Origin: Trueperaceae bacterium
Lineage (GTDB): Bacteria > Deinococcota > Deinococci > Deinococcales > Trueperaceae
Reading direction: 5' to 3'
Length of the DNA stretch: 64,000 nt
Assembly: GCA_965213705.1 (NCBI GenBank)
Contig: OZ243913.1
Span: forward strand, 3,040,001 to 3,104,000
Position numbers and translations under genes: made by a program. The notes beneath the pieces were generated by a model. It was not told the DNA's origin and ran no database searches. It saw nothing but the letters and a program-made list of their open reading frames with translations. Positions 7,605-18,137 of the stretch are shown piece after piece (position 1 is the first letter of the stretch; each line of letters begins with the position of its first letter).

Positions 7605-10364
7605 GCGTAAAACGGTTTTTTGCAAGTCTCGAGAAACGACCGGGCTCGAGAACTGCCCCTCCAAAGCCGCCCGCAAATCTTCGTGGGCAACCGGGTAAAC
7701 GACCTTCTCCCGCAAAAACACCAGCTGTACCTCCGGCACCACGCCCCGCACCTCTTCTATCGCCCGCAGGTAGACGGCCAACTGAAAGTGGTACTTCTCA
7801 GGCACGATGTCCCGGTCGGTTTTGTAGTCCTCCAAGTACCAAACGCCGTGCGCGCAGTAAAGCCGGTCGATGACGCCTTGCCACACGGTTGTGCCGACGG
7901 GGAGCGCCATGCCGAGTTCGGGGTAGTCGTGGCTTCGTTCGTGCAGAGCCGCAATTCCAGCGCCGAGAAGCTGTTCGTAGTTGTGCAGGAGCGCCGTGAC
8001 CTCTTGCAAGATGTCGTCTTGCTCCGGCGGCGTGAACGGAAACATGACCTCCTGGGCGCGGAGGTTTTGGAGGTGCGTGGGATTGTCGGCGCGCCAGTTC
8101 TGGCTGACCCCGTAGTGAAGCAAGGTGCCGACGGCGGCGGCGCGGCCGGGCAAGCGTTCGCCCTCGTCGGGGTCGCTGAACGGTAGGGGTTCGTGCTCGA
8201 GCCCTTCCCTTTTGAGCCGCGACGGTGAACTGACCGGCGGGTGCTCGTGGAGCCGGAAGCGTCGGTCGATGTAGGGCGCGGGTTTGACGTTCGAGGCTTG
8301 AGGGCTGAGGCTCGAAGTCGCGACCACGGGCGCGAACACGTGGTTTTGCAGCACGAAGTCGTCGCGCCGGTAAGGCTTGCTGCCGGGACCCAAGTTCATG
8401 GCCTCGAGGGCCTTGGCAAAGCCGTCGCACTTACCGCCCTTGACGCTGCCGGTCATGAGCAGGACGTTTTTGGGGCGGCTGGCGGCGACGTAGAGAAGTC
8501 GGTAAGCCTCGTCGTCTTCGCGCGCTTTCAGGGCGTCGCGGGTGGGCTCGAACACGTCGGTGTTTTCGCAGCAGAGGTGCCCGGTCTGCGGGTGGACGTA
8601 GACCTTTTGGGGCGGGTGGTAGGTGGTGCGGTTGAGGTCGTAGAGGGCGACGACGGGCCACTCGAGCCCCTTCGCCCGGTGAATCGTGAGGAGTTGCACG
8701 CCCTCGCCGCTCTGCGGCACGTCGCCCGCGTCGCCCTGGCGCGACAGCAGGTCGAGGCGCTCGAGCAAAAGTTCGATGTCGCCCGGCGGCGCTTGCGCGA
8801 CGGCGAACAGCAGCGCGTCGACGTTTTCGCGGGCGCGGGTCTCCAGAAAGTCCACGTAGCGCTTGCCCCCGATGAAGGGCTCGCGGATGAGGAACTTAAG
8901 CGCCGCCAGCGGCGTGCCGCGCACCTGCTGGGCGGTAAGCTCGAGCCGTTCCCAAACCTCGGGATGGCTTTGCTCGAGGATTTCGAGCGGCGCGTCGGCT
9001 TTCAAAACCGCGTCGACCTCCGCCAAACCGAGCTGCCCGAACGGCCCCCGCAGCCACACCCCCAAACTCAGGCCGACCGGCTCCACCCCGACGCGGAGCG
9101 CGTGATACAGGTCGCGCACCTCCAGCCGCGCGTAGTAACCGCGACCCTGCAACAAAACGTAGGGCAAACCCGCCGCCAGCAGCGCGGTTTCGACCTGCGC
9201 GAGCCCGGCGTAGGCTCTCGCCAGCACCGCCATGTCGCTGTAGCTGTGGCCGCGTTCATGGAGCGCCTGCAGCCGCGCCACCAGGACTTGCGCCTCGTGC
9301 GCGCGCAGGTCGCTCACGGCCGCGTCGCCGCACACCCAGTGCAGTTCGACGCGGCCCTGCGCCCCCTCTTGTTCGCCCGTGGGACTGACCGGCGGCGCTT
9401 CGCCCTCGCCGAAGCCCATGCCGCGCTCGGCGAGGGTCGCGGTCAGGTGGTTGAGGAAACGAGCCAGCAGCGGGGCGTGGCGGCGGGTGTGAACCAGGGG
9501 TTCGAGCCTCTCCCCACCGGCAAGCGCCCGCCGAAACACGCCCACGTCGGCGTTGCGAAAGCCGTAGATGCTCTGCTTGGGGTCGCCGACGACTTCTAAG
9601 TTGAGGCCGCCTTGCTCCAACGCCTCGAAAAACGCGCCCTGCAACGGGTTTACGTCCTGAAACTCGTCGACCAATACCGTTTGGTAACGCCCCGCGAGCC
9701 GCGCCAAGGCTTTCGGCGTCCGCACGAGCTTCAGGGCGCGGCGCTCGGTTTCGCTCGGCGGCAGCAACGTGGCCCCGAGACGCAGTTCGAAGCGTTTGTA
9801 CACAGCGTCGAACAAACCCTGCAGCGCGTGGTGTTTGGGGTGTTCGTCGGACGCGTAGCGCTCGGTGAGCGAGCGCTGTTTGAACAGGGTGAGGAGCAGG
9901 GCTCGAGCGTCGTCGCCGAGGGTTTCGCACGCCGCGTACAGGCCGTGCTCGGGTGCGGACGCCAGGTAGAGGAGCGAGTTGAGTTCTTCCTCGAACAGCG
10001 CTTGCGCTTCCCACTCGCCGAGGGTTTTGAAGGCGGGGTCGAGGCCCATCGTCGGCGCGCCCAGACGCAGCGCCTCGGTCATAAAGCCGTGGATGGTCGT
10101 CAGGGTCGCGCCGCCGAGTTCGCGCTGCGCTTCCTCAAAAAGAGGTCTCTGAGGCTCGAGCAGACGCACGTGCAAGTAGGTTCCAGTCTCGAGCATCGTT
10201 TGCACGCCCACGCCGACCCGTTGGCGAAGTTCGTCGGCGGCTGTGCGCGTAAAGGTCACCCCGGCGACGCGGCGCAGCGGCGTACCCGACGCGACCAGGT
10301 CTAGGTAACGCAGCACCAGGCTCGTCGTTTTGCCCGTCCCGGCCGAAGCGACGCGGACTTTCAT
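7590..10364 (-). CDS. addA: AddA-like UvrD-family helicase with C-terminal PD-(D/E)xK nuclease
   Basis: ASAGTGKT, TFTRTAA, LVDEFQD, GDPKQSIYGFR, TIHRAKGLEW, LLYVAASR; C-terminal GVIDRL...DYKTD...QLAVY. ATG at 10364. Confidence 0.85.
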   Translation of the reverse strand: MKVRVASAGTGKTTSLVLRYLDLVASGTPLRRVAGVTFTRTAADELRQRVGVGVQTMLETGTYLHVRLLEPQRPLFEEAQRELGGATLTTIHGFMTEALRLGAPTMGLDPAFKTLGEWEAQALFEEELNSLLYLASAPEHGLYAACETLGDDARALLLTLFKQRSLTERYASDEHPKHHALQGLFDAVYKRFELRLGATLLPPSETERRALKLVRTPKALARLAGRYQTVLVDEFQDVNPLQGAFFEALEQGGLNLEVVGDPKQSIYGFRNADVGVFRRALAGGERLEPLVHTRRHAPLLARFLNHLTATLAERGMGFGEGEAPPVSPTGEQEGAQGRVELHWVCGDAAVSDLRAHEAQVLVARLQALHERGHSYSDMAVLARAYAGLAQVETALLAAGLPYVLLQGRGYYARLEVRDLYHALRVGVEPVGLSLGVWLRGPFGQLGLAEVDAVLKADAPLEILEQSHPEVWERLELTAQQVRGTPLAALKFLIREPFIGGKRYVDFLETRARENVDALLFAVAQAPPGDIELLLERLDLLSRQGDAGDVPQSGEGVQLLTIHRAKGLEWPVVALYDLNRTTYHPPQKVYVHPQTGHLCCENTDVFEPTRDALKAREDDEAYRLLYVAASRPKNVLLMTGSVKGGKCDGFAKALEAMNLGPGSKPYRRDDFVLQNHVFAPVVATSSLSPQASNVKPAPYIDRRFRLHEHPPVSSPSRLKREGLEHEPLPFSDPDEGERLPGRAAAVGTLLHYGVSQNWRADNPTHLQNLRAQEVMFPFTPPEQDDILQEVTALLHNYEQLLGAGIAALHERSHDYPELGMALPVGTTVWQGVIDRLYCAHGVWYLEDYKTDRDIVPEKYHFQLAVYLRAIEEVRGVVPEVQLVFLREKVVYPVAHEDLRAALEGQFSSPVVSRDLQKTVLRSVAK

Positions 10365-10478
10365 ATCCCGGTCAGGATAGCATTCCGGCCGTTCCGCGCC
10401 GAACGGAGCGCGGCGAAGTGAAATAACCTTGTTTTCACCGTACCGCCAACGTCTTCTTTCGCCGTCGCTCAGAACGAC

Positions 10479-10509
10479 AAAAAGTCTCGAGGGTTTCCCC
10501 TCGAGACTT
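10479..10509 (-). terminator. Intrinsic terminator after the BMP gene
   Basis: Stem AAGTCTCGAGGG / CCCTCGAGACTT with a 4-nt loop, running into a T-tract on the minus strand. Confidence 0.75.
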
Positions 10510-10532
10510 CTGCGGCACAAACTTTTTACCCT

Positions 10533-11699
10533 TTAGTTACACTCGTCGTACCCCGGCCCGCCCGACCAGGGACCGCGGATGTTCTCGGCGGCCCACTGCA
10601 AGCTGAACAGCTCGGGAATCGTCGCTTGCTGACCCACAGCCAAAATCTCGTTCCCGGCACAGTCCGAAATGGGGCCGGTAAAGGGTTCGAACGTAGGTTC
10701 GTCCATCGTCATCTGCTCGATGCGCCTCGTCACGAGGTCGTAGACCGACACCTCGCCAAGTTCGGGGTCGTTGACCATCTTGGCTTTGAGCGCCTCTTCA
10801 TAAACAGGGTTGATGACCATGCCCGGCTTCGCGCCGACCTCGACCGCGTCTTCACCCAGACGCCAGACGTAGTCGACGTCTTCAAGGTTGGTGCTGTCGT
10901 AAGTTCCGTCCAAAACTTTTGAAAGAAAGTCGGTGTAAATCGCTTCCCACTTGACAAGCTGGCCCGAGACAACCGTGTCCGGCGAAAACTCGTACATCGA
11001 GGCGTAGTGCGAGTAGCTGGGCAAGTCGTTTTCGGCCGCCGTCTGTACCACCGTAGGCGTGTCTTCGGTAAAGGCTAACACGTCGGCACCGTCCGACATC
11101 AGGGCTTCGGTCGCCTCTTTGGCACCGGCCGGGTCGAACCAGGCGTTGAGCCACCGCACCTCGACCACGGCGTCGGGGTTGACCTCTTGTGCGCCGAGCG
11201 CGAAGGCGTCGATGTGGCGCTTGACCTCGGGGATGGGGAAGGCCGCGACGTACCCCAGCTTGTTCGACTCGGTCAGGGCTCCGGCGATGAGGCCGTTTAA
11301 GTAGTAGGTCTGGTACATCTCGGCGATGTAGGTCATCACGTTGGGGGCTCGCTCGATGCCGGTCGCGTGCCCGAAAATCACGTCGGGGTAGCGTTCGGCG
11401 GCGGCCAGGGTGCCGTCCCCGTAGCCGAAGCTCGTCGTGAAGATGACGTTCGCGCCGTCGGCGACGAGCTGGTCGATAAACGACTCGACGTCGGCCTCGG
11501 CGACCGACTCGACGATTACGGTCTCGATGCCGGGCAAGGCTGCCTCGGTCGCGACGCGCCCCAGGTCGTGCGCGTAGGTCCAACCCGCGTCGCCGACCGG
11601 CCCGACGTAGATGAAGCCGACCTTGAGGGGTTCGTCCTGCGCGAAGGCGGTGCCGAGCATGAACAGCGCCACAATCCAAAAAACGTTCCAGTTCCGCAT
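10533..11699 (-). CDS. BMP-family ABC transporter substrate-binding protein (nucleoside/purine)
   Basis: Signal peptide, KVGFIYVGPVGDAGWTYAHDLGR, FTTSFGY, PIPEVKRHIDAFALG, WFDP; GGAGG RBS. Confidence 0.93.
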   Translation of the reverse strand: MRNWNVFWIVALFMLGTAFAQDEPLKVGFIYVGPVGDAGWTYAHDLGRVATEAALPGIETVIVESVAEADVESFIDQLVADGANVIFTTSFGYGDGTLAAAERYPDVIFGHATGIERAPNVMTYIAEMYQTYYLNGLIAGALTESNKLGYVAAFPIPEVKRHIDAFALGAQEVNPDAVVEVRWLNAWFDPAGAKEATEALMSDGADVLAFTEDTPTVVQTAAENDLPSYSHYASMYEFSPDTVVSGQLVKWEAIYTDFLSKVLDGTYDSTNLEDVDYVWRLGEDAVEVGAKPGMVINPVYEEALKAKMVNDPELGEVSVYDLVTRRIEQMTMDEPTFEPFTGPISDCAGNEILAVGQQATIPELFSLQWAAENIRGPWSGGPGYDECN

Positions 11700-11787
11700 G
11701 TGTAACCTCCCAAAAATCCTCTTATCATTTTTATCAAAGAGGTGCACGAGCCGCTGAGCGGCGTGATGCTTAGCTTGGTGTTCTAAG

Positions 11788-12714
11788 TCAGCGTTCGCCC
11801 CGGCGATAAGCTCGGCCCAGGGCCTCGGGCGCACCGAAGGCGCGGCCCCCCTTGCTCATCGACACGAAAACGAGGGCGAGAATCGTAAAAACATAAGGCA
11901 TGAGCGTGAGCAGTTCGGGCGGAAAATAAGCCTGGAGCCGAAACCGCAGCGTAAAAAAAGCGCCGAACAAAAACGCCGCTCCCACCGCTCGCAGCGGGTC
12001 CCAGAGGGCGAAAATCGCCAGGGCCAGGGCAATCCAGCCCATCCCGTCGGTCATGCTTTCACCCCAGGAAGGCCGGTAAGCGAGGGACAGGTAAGCGCCG
12101 GCCACGCCCGCCATGACGCCACCGAAGACGACAGCTCCGTAGCGCGTCCGGGCAACGTTCACCCCCGCCACGTCCGCCGCCGCAGGCGACTCGCCCACGC
12201 TGCGCAGCTTTAGCCCGAGCCGCGTGTAGTACAGGACGAACCAGAGCACAAACGCCGTGAGAAGACCGAGATAGGTGAGTAAATGCTGGTCGGTGAACAG
12301 GGCGGGGCCGAGGACGGGGATGTCGGACAGGACGGGCACGGTGACTTTGGTCATGGGTTGTGCCAACGGCGTCCCCACGTAGTTGCGCCCGACTAACCCC
12401 GACAAGCCGAGGCCGAAAATGGTAATCGCCAAACCCGACACATACTGGTTGGCGCGCAGCGTAACCGAGATAAACGCGTGGACAAGCGCCGCCAAGCCGC
12501 CCGCCGCCGCCGCCGCCAGCAGCGCGACATACGGTTCGCCCGTCGTTTGCCCGACGATGAAACCCGTAACCGCGCCGAGAATCATCATTCCTTCGACGCC
12601 CAAGTTCACCACGCCCGCGCGCTCGGCGTAGATTTCGCCCAGGGCCGCCCACAACAGCGGCGTGCTGAAGGCGAGGGCTCGAGCCACCGTCGACGTCACC
12701 ATTCCCAGGTCCAT
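11788..12714 (-). CDS. ABC transporter permease (nucleoside type)
   Basis: TPLLWAALGEIYAERAGVVNLGVEGMM, RSVGESPAAA, GMGWIALAL. Confidence 0.93.
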   Translation of the reverse strand: MDLGMVTSTVARALAFSTPLLWAALGEIYAERAGVVNLGVEGMMILGAVTGFIVGQTTGEPYVALLAAAAAGGLAALVHAFISVTLRANQYVSGLAITIFGLGLSGLVGRNYVGTPLAQPMTKVTVPVLSDIPVLGPALFTDQHLLTYLGLLTAFVLWFVLYYTRLGLKLRSVGESPAAADVAGVNVARTRYGAVVFGGVMAGVAGAYLSLAYRPSWGESMTDGMGWIALALAIFALWDPLRAVGAAFLFGAFFTLRFRLQAYFPPELLTLMPYVFTILALVFVSMSKGGRAFGAPEALGRAYRRGER

Positions 12715-13829
12715 TACACAGCCTCAGCTTCGGGTTGGGAATCAGGCTGAGACTCGGCTTGAGGTAGGGGCGCGCGCACCAGCCGGTAGCGCAGCAGCGG
12801 CTCGCTGCAAATAAGGCAGAGCAACACGAGTCCGTTGACCAACCCCGTCATCTGCGCCGGTACGCCCAAGGACGCCCGCATCACGTCGCCGCTGGCGAAA
12901 ACGAGGCCCAAAAAGAGGGCGCTGAGAATCGCCGCCAGCGGACTGCCCCTCGCCAACAGCGCCACAATGATGGCCGTGTACCCGTACCCAAGCGAAATGC
13001 TGTCCGGCTCGATAAGCCGGTGGTGAATCCCCATCACCTCGCCGACGCCCGCCAGCCCTGCCGCGCCCGCCGAGAACAGGACGAGAAACAGCGTCGTCTT
13101 GACGAAGTCTATGCCGGCATACCGCGCCGCGCTCGCGCTCTCCCCCATCACGCGGATTTCGAAACCGAGCTTCATCCGCGCAAGCAAAAACGCCACGAAC
13201 AGGGCCAGCGCCAGGGCGAGCAGCAGCGTCGGCCAGTGCAGCCGTGTGGTGCCGAGCGTCGGCAGCCAGTACGCCCGGTCGAACTTGTCGCTGTAGGAAA
13301 ACCCGGTCGTGCTCTGCCCCTTCCAGGGTCCGTTGATGAGCCAGCGGACCAGGTACAGGGCGATGTAGTTCAGCATCAGCGTGGTAATAATTTCGTTGAC
13401 GCCGAGCTTGACTTTGAGAATCGCCGGGAGAAAGCCCCACAGCCCGCCCGCGACAAAGCCCACCAAAAACAGCGTCGGCAGCATGAGTGCCGGGGGCAGC
13501 GGCACGAACAGCGCCACCCCCGAGGCGGCCGTCGCCCCCGCCAAAATCTGCCCTTCCGCGCCGATGTTCCAAAACTGCGCCCGAAACGCCAGCACGAGGC
13601 CGACGCCCGCCAGCATGAGTGGAATCGACTTGCGCAACACTTCGGTAAAGCCGCGAAAGTCGAACAGGGTTTTGTCCAAGATGACGCCGTAAGCGGTCAG
13701 CGGGTTGACGCCAAAGGCCATGAACAAAAATCCGGTCAGCACCAGCGCCAGCACAACCGCCCCGAGCGAGGCTAAAAAGACGAGCGTGCTCGAGGGGTTG
13801 GCCCTGGGCTCGAGCCGCCAGCCCGTCAC
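12714..13829 (-). CDS. ABC transporter permease (nucleoside type)
   Basis: WNIGAEGQ, NEIITTLMLNY, GYGYTAIIVALL. Confidence 0.93.
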   Translation of the reverse strand: MTGWRLEPRANPSSTLVFLASLGAVVLALVLTGFLFMAFGVNPLTAYGVILDKTLFDFRGFTEVLRKSIPLMLAGVGLVLAFRAQFWNIGAEGQILAGATAASGVALFVPLPPALMLPTLFLVGFVAGGLWGFLPAILKVKLGVNEIITTLMLNYIALYLVRWLINGPWKGQSTTGFSYSDKFDRAYWLPTLGTTRLHWPTLLLALALALFVAFLLARMKLGFEIRVMGESASAARYAGIDFVKTTLFLVLFSAGAAGLAGVGEVMGIHHRLIEPDSISLGYGYTAIIVALLARGSPLAAILSALFLGLVFASGDVMRASLGVPAQMTGLVNGLVLLCLICSEPLLRYRLVRAPLPQAESQPDSQPEAEAV

Positions 13830-15385
13830 GCCGCCACGTCCTCGTGCTCGGCCGCGACGCCCGCCATCAGCAAGCCCAAACGCTCCCGGTCTGCGCTGGC
13901 CGCGTCCAACACGCCCATCACTACTCCCGCGAACAAGACCACAATCCGGTCGGCCAGCTTGAGGAGTTCGTCCAAGTCCTCCGAAACGAGCAGCACCCCC
14001 GCCCCCCGCTCGCGCTGCTGCAACAAGAGGTTGTGGGTCAGGGCCGCCGCGCTCACGTCGAGGCCGTAGGTCGGGTGGGCCGCGACGACGAGTTTGGGGT
14101 CGCCGGAGAGTTCCCGCGCCAGGATGATTTTTTGCACGTTGCCGCCCGATAATAGCCGCGCGGGCGTGGCTGTGGACGGCGTCGCCACCTCGTAGTCTTT
14201 GACAGACTTGTCGGCGAACGTTTTGACAGCCCTCCAGTCGAGGAGCGCGCCTTTGGAAAAGGGTTTATAACGATACTGCCGCAGCACGGCGTTCTCGGCG
14301 ACCGACAACGACGGGACGATGCCCACGTGGTTGCGGTCTTCGGGGATGTGCGCCACGCCCGCCTCGAACAAGTCTTTCGCGCCGAGGGCGGTCACGTCCC
14401 GGCCGTCAAGCGTGACGCGGCCCTGGAAAGCGCGCCGCAAACCGGTCAAGGTTTCGATGAGTTCGCCCTGCCCGTTGCCCGCGACCCCGGCGACGCCGAC
14501 GATTTCGCCCCCGTGAACGTTCAGGGACACGTCCCTGAGCGCGTCGACCCCGCGGTCGCCCTTGACGCTCACGCCCTCGAGCGAGAGCACCACCCGTTCC
14601 GTACTTGACGCGTTTTTGGCCCGCAGCGGCGTCACCTTGCGGCCCATCATCATCTGAGCCAAACTTCCCGGCGTCGCTTCGGCACTAGCAAGCGTCCCCA
14701 CCACCGCACCTTTACGCAAAACCGTGACGCGGTCGGCGACGCTCATCACCTCGTCGAGCTTGTGGCTGATAAACACGACCGCCTCGCCCTCGGCCTTCAT
14801 GCGGCCTAGCACCGTGAACAGACTCTCGGCCTCCTGCGGCGTGAGCACGCTTGTGGGCTCGTCCAAAATGAGAATCTTCGCACTCTGCAGCAGCGCCTTG
14901 AGGATTTCGACCCGTTGCTGCTCGCCGGGCGAGAGTTGCCAGACTCGAGCGTTCGGGTCGACGGTGAGCCCATATCTGCGACCCAGCTCGAGAACGCGCG
15001 CGCTCAACTTTTTGACCGGAAACCAAAACGGCGTGTCCGCCAAACCCAGTCCGATGTTCTCGGCGACGGTGTGCCGCCGCGCCAAGTGAAAGTGCTGCGC
15101 GACGAGTCCGACGCCGCGGCTCATGGCGTCCTTGGGCGAACGCAACGTCACGCGCTCGCCGTTTAAGAACACCTCGCCCGCGTCGGGTTGGTAAAGCCCG
15201 TACAAGATGTTCATAAGCGTCGTCTTGCCCGCCCCGTTTTCGCCCAGGAGCGCATGAACCTCGCCCGGTTGCACGGCGAAGCTCACGCGGTCGTTCGCCA
15301 GCACGCCGGGAAAGCGCTTGGTGACGTTTCTCATCTCGAGCAGCGCCGTTCCGGACGTGTTGGGGGCGGGAGCGGTCTCAGGCAT
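13826..15385 (-). CDS. ABC transporter ATP-binding protein (double ABC domain)
   Basis: GENGAGKTT, LSPGEQQ, ILDEPT, second domain LSGGNVQK. Confidence 0.95.
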   Translation of the reverse strand: MPETAPAPNTSGTALLEMRNVTKRFPGVLANDRVSFAVQPGEVHALLGENGAGKTTLMNILYGLYQPDAGEVFLNGERVTLRSPKDAMSRGVGLVAQHFHLARRHTVAENIGLGLADTPFWFPVKKLSARVLELGRRYGLTVDPNARVWQLSPGEQQRVEILKALLQSAKILILDEPTSVLTPQEAESLFTVLGRMKAEGEAVVFISHKLDEVMSVADRVTVLRKGAVVGTLASAEATPGSLAQMMMGRKVTPLRAKNASSTERVVLSLEGVSVKGDRGVDALRDVSLNVHGGEIVGVAGVAGNGQGELIETLTGLRRAFQGRVTLDGRDVTALGAKDLFEAGVAHIPEDRNHVGIVPSLSVAENAVLRQYRYKPFSKGALLDWRAVKTFADKSVKDYEVATPSTATPARLLSGGNVQKIILARELSGDPKLVVAAHPTYGLDVSAAALTHNLLLQQRERGAGVLLVSEDLDELLKLADRIVVLFAGVVMGVLDAASADRERLGLLMAGVAAEHEDVAA

Positions 15386-15633
15386 GACCGACTATAACGA
15401 ACGGTGTCACGGATGAGCAAGACGGCAAGCTCGTTTTGGAAGTACGCTTTACGCAAAGGCGAGGCATTCCGGTCAAACTGTCTGGGTGTAACATGTCGCA
15501 AGGCAAGCTTTTCATACCAGACCTGCTGTCCAAGGCGAAGAGGGGACGGGGTTTGACTTAACTCTTGTATGATTCTAGCAAATCCGGCCTACGCTATTAT
15601 TAGGCTTCTTTGTCCAACCTTTAGGAGACGACC

Positions 15634-16620
15634 ATGAACCCGACGCCACCCCTCGAGGACCCCGTCCTTGTCAACAAATGGCTCGCCGTTGCGACCGCCG
15701 CAGCGGTAGGAGACACGCCCGTCAAGGTGCAGGTTTTGGGCGAGGACGTGGTGCTGTGGCGGAGTTTGAGCGGTCTGCGCGCCTTTCGCGACCTCTGCAT
15801 CCACCGCGGCACCGCGCTGTCGCTCGGGCGGGTCGAGGCGGGGGAACTGGTCTGCCCCTACCACGGTTGGCGCTACGACGAGGGCGGTCAGTGCGTCGCG
15901 ATTCCGGCGCAGCCGGGCGCACCCGTCCCGACCAAAGCCAAGGCTTGGACGTATGCTTGCCTCGAGCGGTACGGGCTCGTCTGGGTTTGCCTCGGCGAAC
16001 CCAAAAACGAGCCGCCCGCGTTTGAAGAGCACACTGACCCCGCCTTTCGCAGCCTCATCTGCGGCCCTTATACGGTTCGGGCCGAAGCGCCGCGGGTGCT
16101 CGAGAACTTCTTGGACGTTTCGCACCTCATGTGGGTTCACGAGGGCTTTTTGGGCGTCCCGAGCCACGCCGAAGTGAACGACTACCGCGTGGTGAACGAG
16201 GGCGACCGCCTCGTCTCGACGCCTATCCACATCTTCCAACCCGACCCCGACGGCCGCGGCCGGGGCGTCACCAACACCTACGTTTACGAGATTTTAAGCC
16301 CACTCACGGCGCGTTTTCGCAAGACCGACGACGCCGGGAGTGACGTTTTCTCAATGCTCCTCACCGCCACGCCGACCTGTAAGGGTGCGACGACCGCCTA
16401 CGCGCTGCTGTCGCGCAACTACGCCTTTGAGGTGCCGGACGAGACGTTTCGAACGTTCCAAGACACCATTTTCGCTCAGGACGTGCGGATTTTGCTCAGC
16501 CAACGCCCCGAACAACTCCCGCTCGACCTGGGGGCCGAACTCCACCTCAAGTCCGACCGCTTAGCCATCGCTTACCGGCAGTGGTTGGCGGGGCTGGGGG
16601 TACGGGTGGGGGTGGCGTGA
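15634..16620 (+). CDS. Rieske non-heme iron oxygenase alpha subunit (VanA/Ndm demethylase-like)
   Basis: CIHRG...CPYHGW Rieske motif; [13 protein letters not shown] and IFAQD mononuclear-iron ligands. Confidence 0.9.
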   Translation: MNPTPPLEDPVLVNKWLAVATAAAVGDTPVKVQVLGEDVVLWRSLSGLRAFRDLCIHRGTALSLGRVEAGELVCPYHGWRYDEGGQCVAIPAQPGAPVPTKAKAWTYACLERYGLVWVCLGEPKNEPPAFEEHTDPAFRSLICGPYTVRAEAPRVLENFLDVSHLMWVHEGFLGVPSHAEVNDYRVVNEGDRLVSTPIHIFQPDPDGRGRGVTNTYVYEILSPLTARFRKTDDAGSDVFSMLLTATPTCKGATTAYALLSRNYAFEVPDETFRTFQDTIFAQDVRILLSQRPEQLPLDLGAELHLKSDRLAIAYRQWLAGLGVRVGVA

Positions 16621-16743
16621 AACTAGGAGTGGCTTAAAACAAGTCGAGACCGACTCGAAAGGGTCCCAACACCTCTCCGGCTCGGTTCTTCATCTTGCTT
16701 CGGCGCAGCAGGTACTGAGCAGTCGGGGCTCGCGGCCTATCCG

Positions 16744-16846
16744 CCGTCTTTCAGGGTCACCGTCTCCGAACGTCACCGTCCCTGAGTGTTACCGTCTTTT
16801 CAGTGCTACCGTCTTTTCAGTGTTACCGTCTTTCAGTGTTACCGTG
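16744..16846. repeat. 16-17-bp tandem repeat, about 6 copies, ending just before dxr
   Basis: Consensus ccgtcttt(t)cagtgtta; copies become more conserved toward the gene. Confidence 0.85.
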
Positions 16847-16852
16847 AAACCG

Positions 16853-17995
16853 ATGAAACGTATTTCAATCTTAGGTTCGACCGGTTCTATCGGCACGCAG
16901 ACGCTGGACGTGGTGCGCTGGCGCGGCTATGAGGTCGTGGGCTTGGCCGCCGGAAACAACGCCGACCTGTTGGTGCGGCAAGCGCAAGAATTCCGACCGC
17001 AAACCGTCGCTTGTAACCCCGAGGTCGCCGGCGCGGTCAAACCGCACCTGCCGAGTGGGACGCGGCTCGTGACCGGGCTGCAGGGGAACGAAGAGGTCGC
17101 TCGCCTAGACGCCGACACGGTCGTCGCGGCGATTTCGGGTGTCGCCGGGCTCAAGCCGACACTCGCCGCGCTCCGTGCGGGCCGCCACGTCGCGCTCGCC
17201 AACAAAGAGGCGATGGTCGTCGCGGGACCGCTCGTTTGGGAAGTGGCGCGGGCGCACGGGGCGACCCTGACCCCGGTCGACTCGGAACACTCGGCGCTGT
17301 TTCAGTGCCTCGTCGGTGAGGCCAAGGACGCGGTCGAGGCGCTCGTGCTGACGGCCTCGGGTGGGCCGTTTCGCACCGAGCCGGACGACCTGAGCAGCGT
17401 CACGCCCGAGCAGGCCCTCGAGCACCCCAACTGGGACATGGGCAGCAAGGTCACGGTGGATTCGGCGACGCTGTTCAACAAAGGTTTGGAAGTGTTGGAA
17501 GCGCACTTTTTGTTCGAGCTGCCCCTGGAAAACATCGAGGTCGTCGTCCACCCGCAGTCGCTCATCCACAGCTTCGTGCGCTTCAAAGACGGCAACCTCA
17601 AAGCCCAAATCGGGCCGCACGACATGCGCGTGCCGATTCACTACGCGCTCGCCTATCCCGAGCGGCACCGGGTCCCTCTGGAGCCCCTGCCCCTGCGCGG
17701 CGTTTGGGAACTCTTCGAGCCCGACCACGCCCGCTTTCCAAGCCTGAACCTGGCTTACCGGGCGGGCGAACTGGGTGGCGTCGCCCCGGCCGCGCTCAAC
17801 GCCGCCGACGAAGTCGCCGTGCAGGCGTTTCTGGCAGGCCGCATCGGTTTTATGCAGGTTCCCGAAGTGTTGGCGGGGATTTTGGAAGCCCTCGAGAACG
17901 CCCCCCTGAGTTGGGAAGCCGTCGACGAGGCCGACGCCTGGGCGCGGACGCGGGCCGAAGAACTCGTCAGGACAACCTGGAGTACCGAGTCCTAA
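16853..17995 (+). CDS. dxr: 1-deoxy-D-xylulose 5-phosphate reductoisomerase
   Basis: [54 protein letters not shown]. Confidence 0.97.
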   Translation: MKRISILGSTGSIGTQTLDVVRWRGYEVVGLAAGNNADLLVRQAQEFRPQTVACNPEVAGAVKPHLPSGTRLVTGLQGNEEVARLDADTVVAAISGVAGLKPTLAALRAGRHVALANKEAMVVAGPLVWEVARAHGATLTPVDSEHSALFQCLVGEAKDAVEALVLTASGGPFRTEPDDLSSVTPEQALEHPNWDMGSKVTVDSATLFNKGLEVLEAHFLFELPLENIEVVVHPQSLIHSFVRFKDGNLKAQIGPHDMRVPIHYALAYPERHRVPLEPLPLRGVWELFEPDHARFPSLNLAYRAGELGGVAPAALNAADEVAVQAFLAGRIGFMQVPEVLAGILEALENAPLSWEAVDEADAWARTRAEELVRTTWSTES

Positions 17996-18090
17996 ATGCC
18001 AAGTCCTGAGCACCGAGTCCTGAGCACCGAGTAAAAAGTGGTTGACTCGGTACTTTTTACTCGGTGCTCGGTACTTTTTCCTCGGTACTT
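17980..18090. repeat. Heptamer-based tandem repeat plus 18-bp perfect inverted repeat
   Basis: GAG(T/C)ACC-GAGTCCT units; arms GAGCACCGAGTAAAAAGT (18022-18039) and ACTTTTTACTCGGTGCTC (18052-18069). Confidence 0.85.
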
Positions 18091-18137
18091 CCCCTTTCAG
18101 TACAGAAGCTGCGAAGGGTCTCGAGTACACTGCGTAC

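Noticed and set aside
7590..10364. Helicase-nuclease as an anti-phage defence gene
   Set aside because: Motifs and housekeeping context fit AddA; no defence partners are adjacent.
15386..15633. Possible purine-related riboswitch between the ABC operon and the Rieske gene
   Set aside because: No consensus recognised, and the ATPase gene appears leaderless.
16744..16846. Possible CRISPR array or iterons (also 3062-3131 and 47515-47605)
   Set aside because: Units are contiguous with no unique spacers, too short for CRISPR repeats, and there is no cas or rep gene.
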